Positions 15,275 through 23,222 are shown, numbered from the stretch's first letter. The stretch: DNA of 64,000 nucleotides from a virus (IMGVR_UViG_3300032254_000001:32001-96000), one strand, 5' to 3'. Numbers and translations: made by a program. Notes: a model not told the origin generated them from the sequence alone.

Positions 15275-15952
15275 TTATTCTTGTTTTAATACTCTACCTT
15301 TTTTAAAACCTTCTGGTATAGTATCATTCTTTTTGATCTTTTTATTAATTGTTCCGTCTGTTATCCACATCGTTCCGTACTGTGAATTGCCACTGCCTTG
15401 CTGACACTTAGATGAATTTGCACCTATAGCATCTTTTGTTTCTTGTGTATGCTTCTTATTTTTAAATGTACCGTGACCGTAGCGTTCAAGTATAGTTGCT
15501 TTAATCTTTTGTCCTGCTTGCTTGAACGATTCAGGCGTTCTATTTTTACCTGACATTTTACCAATGATACTCTTGAAATCATCACCGTACTTTTCTAGTA
15601 ATATACTATCTGTTATTTCTCGTGCCCTGCGATTCTTTTGAATACGTGCCTCTTCGTTAGAGTTTATATAATCCCATCCACCAAAGCCACCAACCTTAAG
15701 ATTGTATGTATTTTCTTCTGCAATAAAGTCTTTATTAACTATTTCGGCTTCTTTATTAAACATATCTTCTGGATTGTCAAATACATGTAAAATTTCTTTG
15801 CTAAAATTTTCAACACCGTGTTTATTAATTGCATAGTTAAGGTACTTTCCTGAACCTAAATAACCATCGTTTAAGTTACTGGTCTTATGCGCGCCTATAT
15901 AGACCTTGCCTGTAACTTTATTTGACGTCTTATAAATTGTATAGTAAACCAT
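15275..15952 (-). CDS. GIY-YIG (Seg-like) homing endonuclease
   Basis: YTIYKTSNKVTGKVYIGAH..YLGSG, E and YNL motifs; NUMOD3-like tail. Confidence 0.9.
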   Translation of the reverse strand: MVYYTIYKTSNKVTGKVYIGAHKTSNLNDGYLGSGKYLNYAINKHGVENFSKEILHVFDNPEDMFNKEAEIVNKDFIAEENTYNLKVGGFGGWDYINSNEEARIQKNRRAREITDSILLEKYGDDFKSIIGKMSGKNRTPESFKQAGQKIKATILERYGHGTFKNKKHTQETKDAIGANSSKCQQGSGNSQYGTMWITDGTINKKIKKNDTIPEGFKKGRVLKQE

Positions 15953-15991
15953 ACTATTATTTATGACGTTCGAGTCCATATCGAACTCTAA

Positions 15992-16072
15992 TGAGCGGGT
16001 GACGAGAATCGAACTCGCCATGCTTTCGCGTCTGGTTGGAAACCAGGTTCCACACCTTGTGGACTCACCCGC
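15992..16072 (-). tRNA. tRNA-Gly(TCC) with extended variable arm, CCA not encoded
   Basis: Loop TT-TCC-AA; V-arm GC-GAAA-GC. Confidence 0.8.
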
Positions 16073-16082
16073 ATAAATTAAA

Positions 16083-16194
16083 TTTGTAGCCTTGCCCATT
16101 ACTCGCAAATGTCACACTGGTCCTCAGAATTGAACTGCCACGGGCGGGTATATTCTGCCCCGCCCTGCAAACCATTGCTAACCAGCACTACAAA
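16083..16194 (-). ncRNA. tRNA-like domain nested in an outer stem
   Basis: TTTGTAG/CTACAAA enclosing CTGGT/ACCAG, D-like, 7-bp and T-like arms. Confidence 0.45.
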
Positions 16195-16197
16195 ATT

Positions 16198-16278
16198 TGG
16201 CGTCCAGCGTCGGTATTGCACCGCACTCCTACTCCAGTAACGTTATCTCTGGAGCAACACGTCTCATGTTGACTGAAC
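16198..16278 (-). ncRNA. tRNA-like RNA with 6-bp D-stem and 11-nt anticodon loop
   Basis: Acceptor plus G-CCA, CAACAT/GTGTTG, CTCCAG/CTGGAG. Confidence 0.5.
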
Positions 16279-16287
16279 ATATAAAGT

Positions 16288-16360
16288 AGAGGAAAGTGAA
16301 AACACTATTCGGTTTGATTAAAAGTCAATTTTTAGAAGGAAGTGAACTTTCATAGCCTCT
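16288..16360 (-). ncRNA. Y-RNA-like RNA displaying a tRNA-Lys anticodon stem-loop
   Basis: Same scaffold as 12542-12679; insert TTGA-CTTTTAA-TCAA. Confidence 0.6.
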
Positions 16361-16365
16361 TTATT

Positions 16366-16384
16366 TGGTGCCCTGTTACAGGGC
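16366..16384 (-). ncRNA. tRNA acceptor microhelix with A-CCA end
   Basis: GCCCTG-TAA-CAGGGC-A-CCA. Confidence 0.4.
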
Positions 16385-16390
16385 GATATT

Positions 16391-16465
16391 TGGCGACGTA
16401 GAAGGGAATCGAACCCTCATTGTACTGATAGACAATCAGCTGCATTACCAATCTGCCACTACGCC
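16391..16465 (-). tRNA. tRNA-Asp(GTC)
   Basis: Loop TT-GTC-TA, G73. Confidence 0.85.
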
Positions 16466-16740
16466 GTAATTCTTTTCTTACATCCCCAAGTATCTGTTTG
16501 TCTATGACAGTTAGGGCAAAGCAATCTTAAGTTAGATGGAAATGCATTTTCTACATCTCCGTCTATATGATCTAAATCTAATACAATTGGCTTATTTTGC
16601 CATTCGTTTATTCCGCATATTGCACAGAACTCACCGTCTCTTTCCACGACATACTTTCCTGCTTCTATCAGTGGTACTTGTACAGTTTTCCATTGATAAG
16701 CTTGCTGACATGTGTTGTTGCAAGGCGCTTATTACTCCTT
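16459..16740 (-). pseudogene. HNH endonuclease remnant
   Basis: CAICG, DHIDGD..N..LLCPNCH; upstream CNNTCQ zinc motif follows in-frame stops and has no start codon. Confidence 0.7.
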
Positions 16741-16783
16741 TTGGAACCCTTCGCATTATATCGCAGTTGATACTATTTAAAAT

Positions 16784-16859
16784 TGGTCTCTCTGCGAGGA
16801 TTTGAACCTCGGACGCTCCGCCCCAAACGGACCATGTTACCAGACTACACTACAGAGAG
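16784..16859 (-). tRNA. tRNA-Pro(TGG)
   Basis: C1-G72, loop TT-TGG-GG. Confidence 0.9.
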
Positions 16860-16870
16860 ATTAAACTAAT

Positions 16871-16954
16871 GAGGAAATTGATATTACTAAACCAGTTGCC
16901 CTAAGGGCATCTTTGGAGTCGAACCAAAATAGAAGGAAGCAATATCATAGCCTC
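16871..16954 (-). ncRNA. Y-RNA-like RNA with a T-arm and acceptor-like hairpin
   Basis: Same scaffold; TTTGG-TTCGACT-CCAAA plus TGCCC-TTA-GGGCA. Confidence 0.6.
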
Positions 16955-16958
16955 GAAA

Positions 16959-17032
16959 TGGTCAGGGTGGCGAGAGTCGAACTCGCTTCTTGAGTGTCCA
17001 AGACACACGGATTGCCGTTTTCCCACACCCTG
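16959..17032 (-). tRNA. tRNA-Pro(TGG)
   Basis: Loop CT-TGG-AC. Confidence 0.85.
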
Positions 17033-17071
17033 TTAATCACACGTCTTACGGCTCTAATGCCTGCGCTATGT

Positions 17072-17145
17072 TGGTATCCCGAAGGGGTATCGATCCCCTG
17101 TTGCCAAGTTGAAAGCCTGGAGTTCTACCATTAAACTACCGGGAT
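17072..17145 (-). tRNA. tRNA-Glu(TTC), first gene of the array
   Basis: Loop CT-TTC-AA; T-loop ATCGATA. Confidence 0.85.
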
Positions 17146-17417
17146 ATAAATTAGTTGGGCCTATATTTTGTAACCGGGCCTTACGGTTACTTCTTTTTTC
17201 AAAAACAATTAAAAGGTTGAAGAAGCCAGTTATGTATTCACTGACTAACCTATTTCCTTTCCAGTGGATGCATACTGTGTATGCTTGTACCCACGTGCCT
17301 GGCCGCTTATCTAGTGTTTATATCTAGGCGGAGTTGCTATATACAGGGAGGGGGCTTTCACCACTTGCTCTTACTGTATACACCGTCTTTGAAAATCTTA
17401 AAACTTTTACTACTTCA

Positions 17418-17457
17418 TAAAAAAACCCGCTTAACTTTCGTTTTGCGGGTTCTTTTT
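17418..17457 (-). terminator. attenuator terminator upstream of the tRNA array
   Basis: AAGAACCCGC...GCGGGTT plus T-run. Confidence 0.85.
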
Positions 17458-17478
17458 AAACTGTTTGTATGTGCTGTT

Positions 17479-17640
17479 TTACATACAAGTTCTCCAAGAA
17501 CCCTTCGTATCATAACCTCGTTCTAAATTAATATTAAAACTTGGTGTCCACGACTGCATCGGTGCTGACGCCACAATACATCCGCGTATCCCTGAGGCTA
17601 CTAGTTGTTTAAGTTGTATTGTAGTATGTCTTGAAGTCAT
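17479..17640 (-). CDS. putative attenuator leader peptide (53 aa)
   Basis: MTSRHTTIQLKQLVASGIRGCIVASAPMQSWTPSFNINLERGYDTKGSWRTCM; purine-rich RBS; lies between promoter and terminator. Confidence 0.7.
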   Translation of the reverse strand: MTSRHTTIQLKQLVASGIRGCIVASAPMQSWTPSFNINLERGYDTKGSWRTCM

Positions 17641-17675
17641 TGTCTCTTCTCTTCTCTTTAATTAAGTATGTAGCT

Positions 17676-17704
17676 ATTATAATGTAGCTAACTTACTGTG
17701 TCAA
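17676..17704 (-). promoter_or_regulatory. sigma70 promoter P1 of the tRNA operon
   Basis: TTGACA-17-TATAAT. Confidence 0.9.
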
Positions 17705-17767
17705 CCTCTATTTTAAATTAATTTAAAAATAGTGGCTAACGCCGTGTTGTTTATTAAGTATGTAGCT

Positions 17768-17796
17768 ATTATATGACAGCTAATATACTGTGTCAA
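17768..17796 (-). promoter_or_regulatory. sigma70 promoter P2 (tandem duplicate)
   Basis: TTGACA-17-TATAAT with the same downstream AGCTACATACTTAAT. Confidence 0.9.
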
Positions 17797-18010
17797 CTAC
17801 TTTTTGCATTTTATTTGCCAAAATAGGCAATTTTCGCTAAGTTGTTGATTTGTAAAAGGTTACCATAAAACGTGGGTCTTTTACTGCTCTTCAGTGGTTA
17901 TATTACTAACATTTATTTCTATTGTCAACCTATTATTAAGCTGAAGTGCATTTATCTTTGTAACATTTTTATTTATGCAAGTATAACAGAAAGTAAAAAT
18001 AAGTCTAGTT

Positions 18011-18967
18011 TTATGGTATAATTCCTTGCTGTACCTGCATATAGAAGTATTTCGCTATTGCAGCATTAACGCGCTCGGACATATGATACCCATCCCTGTT
18101 ACATAATAATATTCTTTTTGCATAGCCTAAGAATATAGTTATTAGTCTGTGGTCACATGGCTGGAAGTGCTTGTAAACATTTTCGCCCATTACGCAAAGC
18201 TTACAGAATTCCATGTACGGCATCCAACTCTCGCCTGCGTTGTGATTGTACTTTTCTAATAAGAACTCTGACGATAAGAAAGAGTTTATATTAATGTCAC
18301 GGAAGTCAGTCTTTACTAACTTCATGTAATCATGTACATCCGGAAAGTGTTCGTATATACACTTTAGTTCATCTTCGCGGAAAGTCCACGGAGGTAAGAA
18401 CTGTGTATGTGCGCCATGTATCCAGTAATTTTTCTTAAAGCTAACTATAGTTCCGTCGATGCCTGCGTGTACGCCTGCACCGGTTTTAGTTAACTTAATT
18501 CTAGATTCTACGTTGTTGTCTTCGTATAAGTTCTGTAAAACAAAAACGTGTTGAACATCAAAGAACTCTTTTGCTTTTTCGAGTAGCTCTGGATAATACA
18601 CAAATGAAGTTCGACTAAGGCCAAAATTCAATGTTGGTATATCAAAGTACTTTCCTAGTTGGTAAGGCCAACTGTGTTCAACTGGACCACCTACGTTGGA
18701 AGTAAAGCTATCGCCTAAGCAAATGTTTATCTTCTGTCCGTACAGTGATTCAAAATCCCTATCCCTGGCACCCCATGAATTAAAACTGTAATCAAAATCG
18801 GTTAATGGATAATGATCCCAATATGATTTGCCTAGTATACATTCCTCGGGGTTGTCTCTACTGAACGGAGCTTGAAAAACTTTGTTTGCCCTACGTGCGG
18901 CCTTTATCCAGACTGAACGAGGCAAACCCCATTTCTTTATTATATCATTTGATATTGTTGATTTCAT
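18011..18967 (-). CDS. SGNH-hydrolase-like hypothetical protein
   Basis: ICLGDSFT, SWP, LNFGLS blocks. Confidence 0.5.
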   Translation of the reverse strand: MKSTISNDIIKKWGLPRSVWIKAARRANKVFQAPFSRDNPEECILGKSYWDHYPLTDFDYSFNSWGARDRDFESLYGQKINICLGDSFTSNVGGPVEHSWPYQLGKYFDIPTLNFGLSRTSFVYYPELLEKAKEFFDVQHVFVLQNLYEDNNVESRIKLTKTGAGVHAGIDGTIVSFKKNYWIHGAHTQFLPPWTFREDELKCIYEHFPDVHDYMKLVKTDFRDININSFLSSEFLLEKYNHNAGESWMPYMEFCKLCVMGENVYKHFQPCDHRLITIFLGYAKRILLCNRDGYHMSERVNAAIAKYFYMQVQQGIIP

Positions 18968-19560
18968 TATACCAAATGATTCAAGTACGTATGACGTGCT
19001 TTCTTTTCAGCATCGGTTAATTTCTTAATACCAAATTCAGCTTCGTAGATATCATCAATGTCAATGCCAAGTGTATCACAACCATCAAGGAAGTTATCCC
19101 AGCTTAAGCCATTATCAAATTCAACTTCAATCCACTGTCCTTCGGCTGCTACAGTATCTGCTCTAGGATGATCCATTATTTGCTTAATGTATCTACAGCT
19201 AGTATCGTCATCAACGGCAATAAACTTATCACCTTCTTTGCTGAATTGCTGCAACCACCAAACAATTTCACTACCTCTAGAGCTAGTCATTTTCTTTGGA
19301 GTAAGTATTTCATCGTGGTAATCAAACCCAAGACCGTTGTGTAACATGATTGCCTTTAGCTCATCAACTGAGTAATTATGTGCCCACGCTGTGCTAAACA
19401 CAATCTTAGCGTTGCCGTACTTTGCCCAAAGGTTAAACGCACGAATAGAGAACGCATCAAATTGAGGATGGTTCTCTTTACCTGTTTTACGATTCTGATG
19501 GAACATGTGCATCTTACGAGGTATCAGTGGTCCATCAATGTCTACAAAAATTATATTCAT
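18967..19560 (-). CDS. HAD-family (Swiss-Army-Knife RNA-repair-like) protein
   Basis: IFVDIDGPL, IVFSTAW, FIAVDDD. Confidence 0.7.
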   Translation of the reverse strand: MNIIFVDIDGPLIPRKMHMFHQNRKTGKENHPQFDAFSIRAFNLWAKYGNAKIVFSTAWAHNYSVDELKAIMLHNGLGFDYHDEILTPKKMTSSRGSEIVWWLQQFSKEGDKFIAVDDDTSCRYIKQIMDHPRADTVAAEGQWIEVEFDNGLSWDNFLDGCDTLGIDIDDIYEAEFGIKKLTDAEKKARHTYLNHLV

Positions 19561-20042
19561 TTTCTTTCAATCCATAGTCCAAGTTCGTTCTTCATAAAGG
19601 TTTTGCCATGTTCATGTTTAAACACCGAACTATGTGTTGGGCCACGATTGTCAAACCCTATGTTCATACAGTCCTGACACATATGATGACCGTTCCACCA
19701 TTGTGCGCCGAAATGAACTGAGCTTTCCAGTGTTTCGTCACGTGGGAACGACATAGTTGGTTTTGATTCTTTACACCAATCACATGTACAGTTATCTTCA
19801 GTAAATACAACATCAGCCTTTTCGTTCAATTCTTTCTTAGTACATTCTGGGCAAATGCCCTGAGTACTATTTTGGAATATTAGACGCTTGCCGTGTATCT
19901 CTGAGTCAAACTGAACAGTGTTGAAGTTAGACTTCGAGCCACATTTGGTACATGAAAACCCACCAGTGAGTTTAAACTGTGCAATCTTTGCCCAGCGTAT
20001 AAAGTCACGCTTTTCCGGAATTTCAATTTTAATCTGTCTCAT
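19557..20042 (-). CDS. Cys-rich hypothetical protein
   Basis: Four CxxC pairs. Confidence 0.6.
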   Translation of the reverse strand: MRQIKIEIPEKRDFIRWAKIAQFKLTGGFSCTKCGSKSNFNTVQFDSEIHGKRLIFQNSTQGICPECTKKELNEKADVVFTEDNCTCDWCKESKPTMSFPRDETLESSVHFGAQWWNGHHMCQDCMNIGFDNRGPTHSSVFKHEHGKTFMKNELGLWIERK

Positions 20043-20292
20043 CGTCTTTGCTACTCGTTGTGTTAGTATCTACTATTATACTAGATTTATTAAATTTGTC
20101 AAGTGAATTCAGATCACAAAGGAAGTTTTCTGGAGGATCTAAAAATTCTGGGTCATCACCCGTTAACACAGACATGGCAAATATCATTCCATTTGCCATG
20201 CCGTGCATGTACGGACTATGATCCCAATTACCGTCTTGGCATTGAACTTCTAGTAGGTCCTGGAGTACTGCTAAGTTTTTAATTTTGGACAT
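20029..20292 (-). CDS. hypothetical protein
   Basis: ORF in operon. Confidence 0.6.
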   Translation of the reverse strand: MSKIKNLAVLQDLLEVQCQDGNWDHSPYMHGMANGMIFAMSVLTGDDPEFLDPPENFLCDLNSLDKFNKSSIIVDTNTTSSKDDETD

Positions 20293-20440
20293 TTTTCCCT
20301 TTCGTGAAATCCTGTCGCACAATAACCATTACAAAAATAAAGGCGCGGGTTACCCTCACGCCAGTATTTAGTATCGATGCGTTGCCCGTGTGCGCCGAGC
20401 ACTACACCAATGTTCTTACCGCAAAATGCACACGTAACCA

Positions 20441-21067
20441 TTAGTCCGAAGTAGGTGTTAACTTATCAATAGCATCTGCAAAGGCACCATCTTCAGTTAA
20501 ACTAACCGCAGCTGATGCAACTAGACCGCCACTGCGATATGCTGTAGTAGTGCTGCTGAAGTTTGCATACGTATTCTCTGTACCGAATACTGTGTTAGAT
20601 ACATTTGCATTACGTGTGAAACCTAAGTTACCACCAATTGATTGTGCATTAAGGTCACCTGCTACGAAAATAAATTCCCATTTCTTTTTAAGTGAATCTA
20701 CCATTTCCTTAACGTGTGAAGCATTGTACTGTGTGCTTGAGTTTTCATCGCCGTCTGTATGAATTAATACAATAGCTTTTTCTTTGTCAAGCATCTTAGT
20801 AAGAGTCTTGCCTATTGCATCGTTCATTGCAGTACAGCCCTGGATCTTAAATGTGTCACGGTTAAGTGGCTTAATGTTTTCAAGCTTAACTCTATCGTAA
20901 ACCATTTCGTAACCGCTATCAAAAAGTACTAAGGTCATTTTAGCCTTGCCTTCAATTGATTGCTGCTCTTCTAAAAACTTGTTAAAGTTGCGGATAACCT
21001 CATCTTGTAGGCCGCCCATTGATGTTGATCTATCTAGTATACATATAATGTGTGTTGTTTTTGACAT
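20441..21067 (-). CDS. von Willebrand factor A domain protein
   Basis: MIDAS ILDRSTSM, TAMNDAIG, LIHTDG.ENSS. Confidence 0.85.
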   Translation of the reverse strand: MSKTTHIICILDRSTSMGGLQDEVIRNFNKFLEEQQSIEGKAKMTLVLFDSGYEMVYDRVKLENIKPLNRDTFKIQGCTAMNDAIGKTLTKMLDKEKAIVLIHTDGDENSSTQYNASHVKEMVDSLKKKWEFIFVAGDLNAQSIGGNLGFTRNANVSNTVFGTENTYANFSSTTTAYRSGGLVASAAVSLTEDGAFADAIDKLTPTSD

Positions 21068-21069
21068 GT

Positions 21070-21792
21070 TTAATCCTCGTCGTTGAATTTCATTTTACGG
21101 CCGAGTTGCCATCCTTCTGGAATTTCATCAGTTGATCTGATCTTTTTACTTTGTTTTTCTTCCAGCGAATGTATCCAGCGTGTACCGAATTGCGAATTTC
21201 CTTCGCCTGCTTGGTGTACTGAATTAGCCGCGCCTATCGCCAGTTTTGCTCTGTCAGACATTCCTGTGCATTGCGTATAGGCTCTAGTAACATCGGAAGG
21301 ATGGTATGCTGTTATGAGATCCGAATCATATAAAGAATTCACACTGTTAAATGTCGCTAGTACTTCTCCGGGTCCTGCTGCGGTAGTTGAAAAATTAATA
21401 GCAACTCCACCGTCTGGATAAGTATACTTTTTAAGTACAATGTTCCTTGGTCGCATATACGAGAATTGTGTTTTTAAACTCTCGTATATGCGACTTGACC
21501 TAATAGGATATCTTTTTGAATCGAGCATCATGTTTATTGCATATAGCATCTTTTCTAATGCGTTTCCTGTTAAGAACTTAGTAAGCAATACGTGGGCAAT
21601 ATAATGTTCTCTCAGTGTTAGTGAGGCAACATTAGTATTGGGTACAATTGAAGATGGAATATAATGGTGCAATTCGTATTCATCTAAATCTCTACTTTGG
21701 AATGAATTTTCAATAATCGCACAATAGATATCCAAATATCTATTTTCAATAATACCTGGTATTTGCTCAAGTAATTGTTTTTTAATGTTCAT
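21070..21792 (-). CDS. HNH-type (Mob-like) homing endonuclease
   Basis: ELHHYIP...LTLREHYIAHVLL; GNSQFGT.W tail. Confidence 0.8.
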   Translation of the reverse strand: MNIKKQLLEQIPGIIENRYLDIYCAIIENSFQSRDLDEYELHHYIPSSIVPNTNVASLTLREHYIAHVLLTKFLTGNALEKMLYAINMMLDSKRYPIRSSRIYESLKTQFSYMRPRNIVLKKYTYPDGGVAINFSTTAAGPGEVLATFNSVNSLYDSDLITAYHPSDVTRAYTQCTGMSDRAKLAIGAANSVHQAGEGNSQFGTRWIHSLEEKQSKKIRSTDEIPEGWQLGRKMKFNDED

Positions 21793-21865
21793 ACTTTTAT
21801 TTATCTACTATTGAACTAATCGAACTTTTTATCGTACCAAAGTCGAACCATTTCCTTATCCAAAA

Positions 21866-22111
21866 TCACTTTCTTGTTTTACGTATAATAACTCGCACAA
21901 CTGGTTCGAAAGTAACTGCGTCTGTGCTTGTAGAAATATCGGTTACTGTGTATTCAGCGTCTAGCTTGTCTTGTAAATCAGCAATTATTTCACGTACTTG
22001 ATCAGACTGACTTTCGGGTGTTGGAGCAGTTGAAATCTTTTCCCTAACGTAGTCCGAAAGTATTAATTCTTTCTTAGCTAGCTTCTTCCAAACTTTTTCT
22101 TCGGGCTTCAT
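21866..22111 (-). CDS. hypothetical protein
   Basis: ORF in operon. Confidence 0.55.
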   Translation of the reverse strand: MKPEEKVWKKLAKKELILSDYVREKISTAPTPESQSDQVREIIADLQDKLDAEYTVTDISTSTDAVTFEPVVRVIIRKTRK

Positions 22112-22425
22112 GGCTTTCTAGTTAACCTCCACCATGTAGGCATTGCGTCTCGCTTGTGGTAAGCTGCATCCCATGCTTCTGCTGCATAGTACGTGCTGTC
22201 GTTGCCTTCGATTACGGTAGGACGAATAGGACGTTCAATCCAACATTCGCATATTCCATGTTCACTCCATTCACTGTGATAACCTAGGAATGGCTCTGCG
22301 CATATATAACCGCGCGTGTTTGACATTGGTTTTCCATCTGTGCCTGGATGAGAGCGATCAACATAACGCCATTTACAGGAGCAACAACATTGGCCCCATT
22401 GTTCAATTTGGCATTCTTCGCCCAT
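22108..22425 (-). CDS. Cys-rich hypothetical protein
   Basis: ORF in operon. Confidence 0.55.
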   Translation of the reverse strand: MGEECQIEQWGQCCCSCKWRYVDRSHPGTDGKPMSNTRGYICAEPFLGYHSEWSEHGICECWIERPIRPTVIEGNDSTYYAAEAWDAAYHKRDAMPTWWRLTRKP

Positions 22426-22823
22426 TACTCATCAGCTCCAAATGTTTTGCGTCTTGCATCAAGCATGTCGCCTATGTCGCCGTCTAGCACAACCTTCTTA
22501 TAAGACTGTTTAAGTCCAGACGCTTTATCAAGCACTTCATTACGTACTCCGTGATAATTGCGTATTGTTTCGTTTGATATTTGCCTTTCGGTATTACCTT
22601 GTTCGTTGTACCATGCAATAACTAGCTTGGCAAGTTTACTGAATGCTGAACGTTGGTTCTCAACACGACTGCGGCTTTCAGTGCCGTTAACAGTAATGCC
22701 ACTTTCGATGTGTGTTATGCGGCAACAATTTTGATGTTTGTTCCTGTGCTGCCCGCCAGCACCTTGCCCGCTAAACCACTCCAGCTTAAAGTCTTTCTTA
22801 GTTAGATGTATTTCTTCGTTCAT
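22425..22823 (-). CDS. GGQ peptidyl-tRNA hydrolase domain protein (RF-1/ArfB/PrfH-like)
   Basis: SGQGAGGQHRNK...RITH..SGI. Confidence 0.85.
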   Translation of the reverse strand: MNEEIHLTKKDFKLEWFSGQGAGGQHRNKHQNCCRITHIESGITVNGTESRSRVENQRSAFSKLAKLVIAWYNEQGNTERQISNETIRNYHGVRNEVLDKASGLKQSYKKVVLDGDIGDMLDARRKTFGADE

Positions 22824-22998
22824 GTCGTTTATCCCAGTCGCTTTTCCAGCACCAGTGCTTTGTTAAATATACTTCTTGATTTTGAGTTTCGGGTTCTTCA
22901 CCGGCAGCTACATGTCTTACTTCAGCCCTACCAATTGGATGGGCTATGTAGTAATGTACTTTCTCTCTGCGTTCGGTCATGCTGTTAAGGCCTTCCAA
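22798..22998 (-). CDS. hypothetical protein
   Basis: ORF in operon. Confidence 0.45.
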   Translation of the reverse strand: MEGLNSMTERREKVHYYIAHPIGRAEVRHVAAGEEPETQNQEVYLTKHWCWKSDWDKRHERRNTSN

Positions 22999-23222
22999 AT
23001 TGCATCTCTTGCATTCTTCTTAACAAGCAAAAGAATACTAATGCCTACACTAAACGATACGAACGCAGAAGAGAAAGTCCACCATGTAGGGTTTAGAGAA
23101 GTGACGTATAACCATAAGTTAAAATAGCCTACAATTATATTAAGGCCCGCAGCATACATCATTGGTCTGAGGTTACTCGGTAACATCAGGCTTCCTACGA
23201 TCTTCAGGATCTTTTTGTGCAA
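22977..23222 (-). CDS. hypothetical membrane protein
   Basis: Two TM segments; start uncertain. Confidence 0.5.
   Translation of the reverse strand: MHKKILKIVGSLMLPSNLRPMMYAAGLNIIVGYFNLWLYVTSLNPTWWTFSSAFVSFSVGISILLLVKKNARDAIWKALTA

Noticed and set aside
8452-17526. ORF-track calls overlapping tRNA genes (e.g. 8452-8673, 11289-11489, 11615-11824, 12846-13504, 13969-14556, 15020-15229, 17109-17526)
   Set aside because: They are translations of tRNA or structured-RNA sequence (GFEP/GSNP peptides) with no RBS or protein motifs.
17418-17640. T-box riboswitch
   Set aside because: No T-box motif (AAGGTGGNACC) or Stem I AG/GA motifs; the layout fits translation-coupled attenuation.
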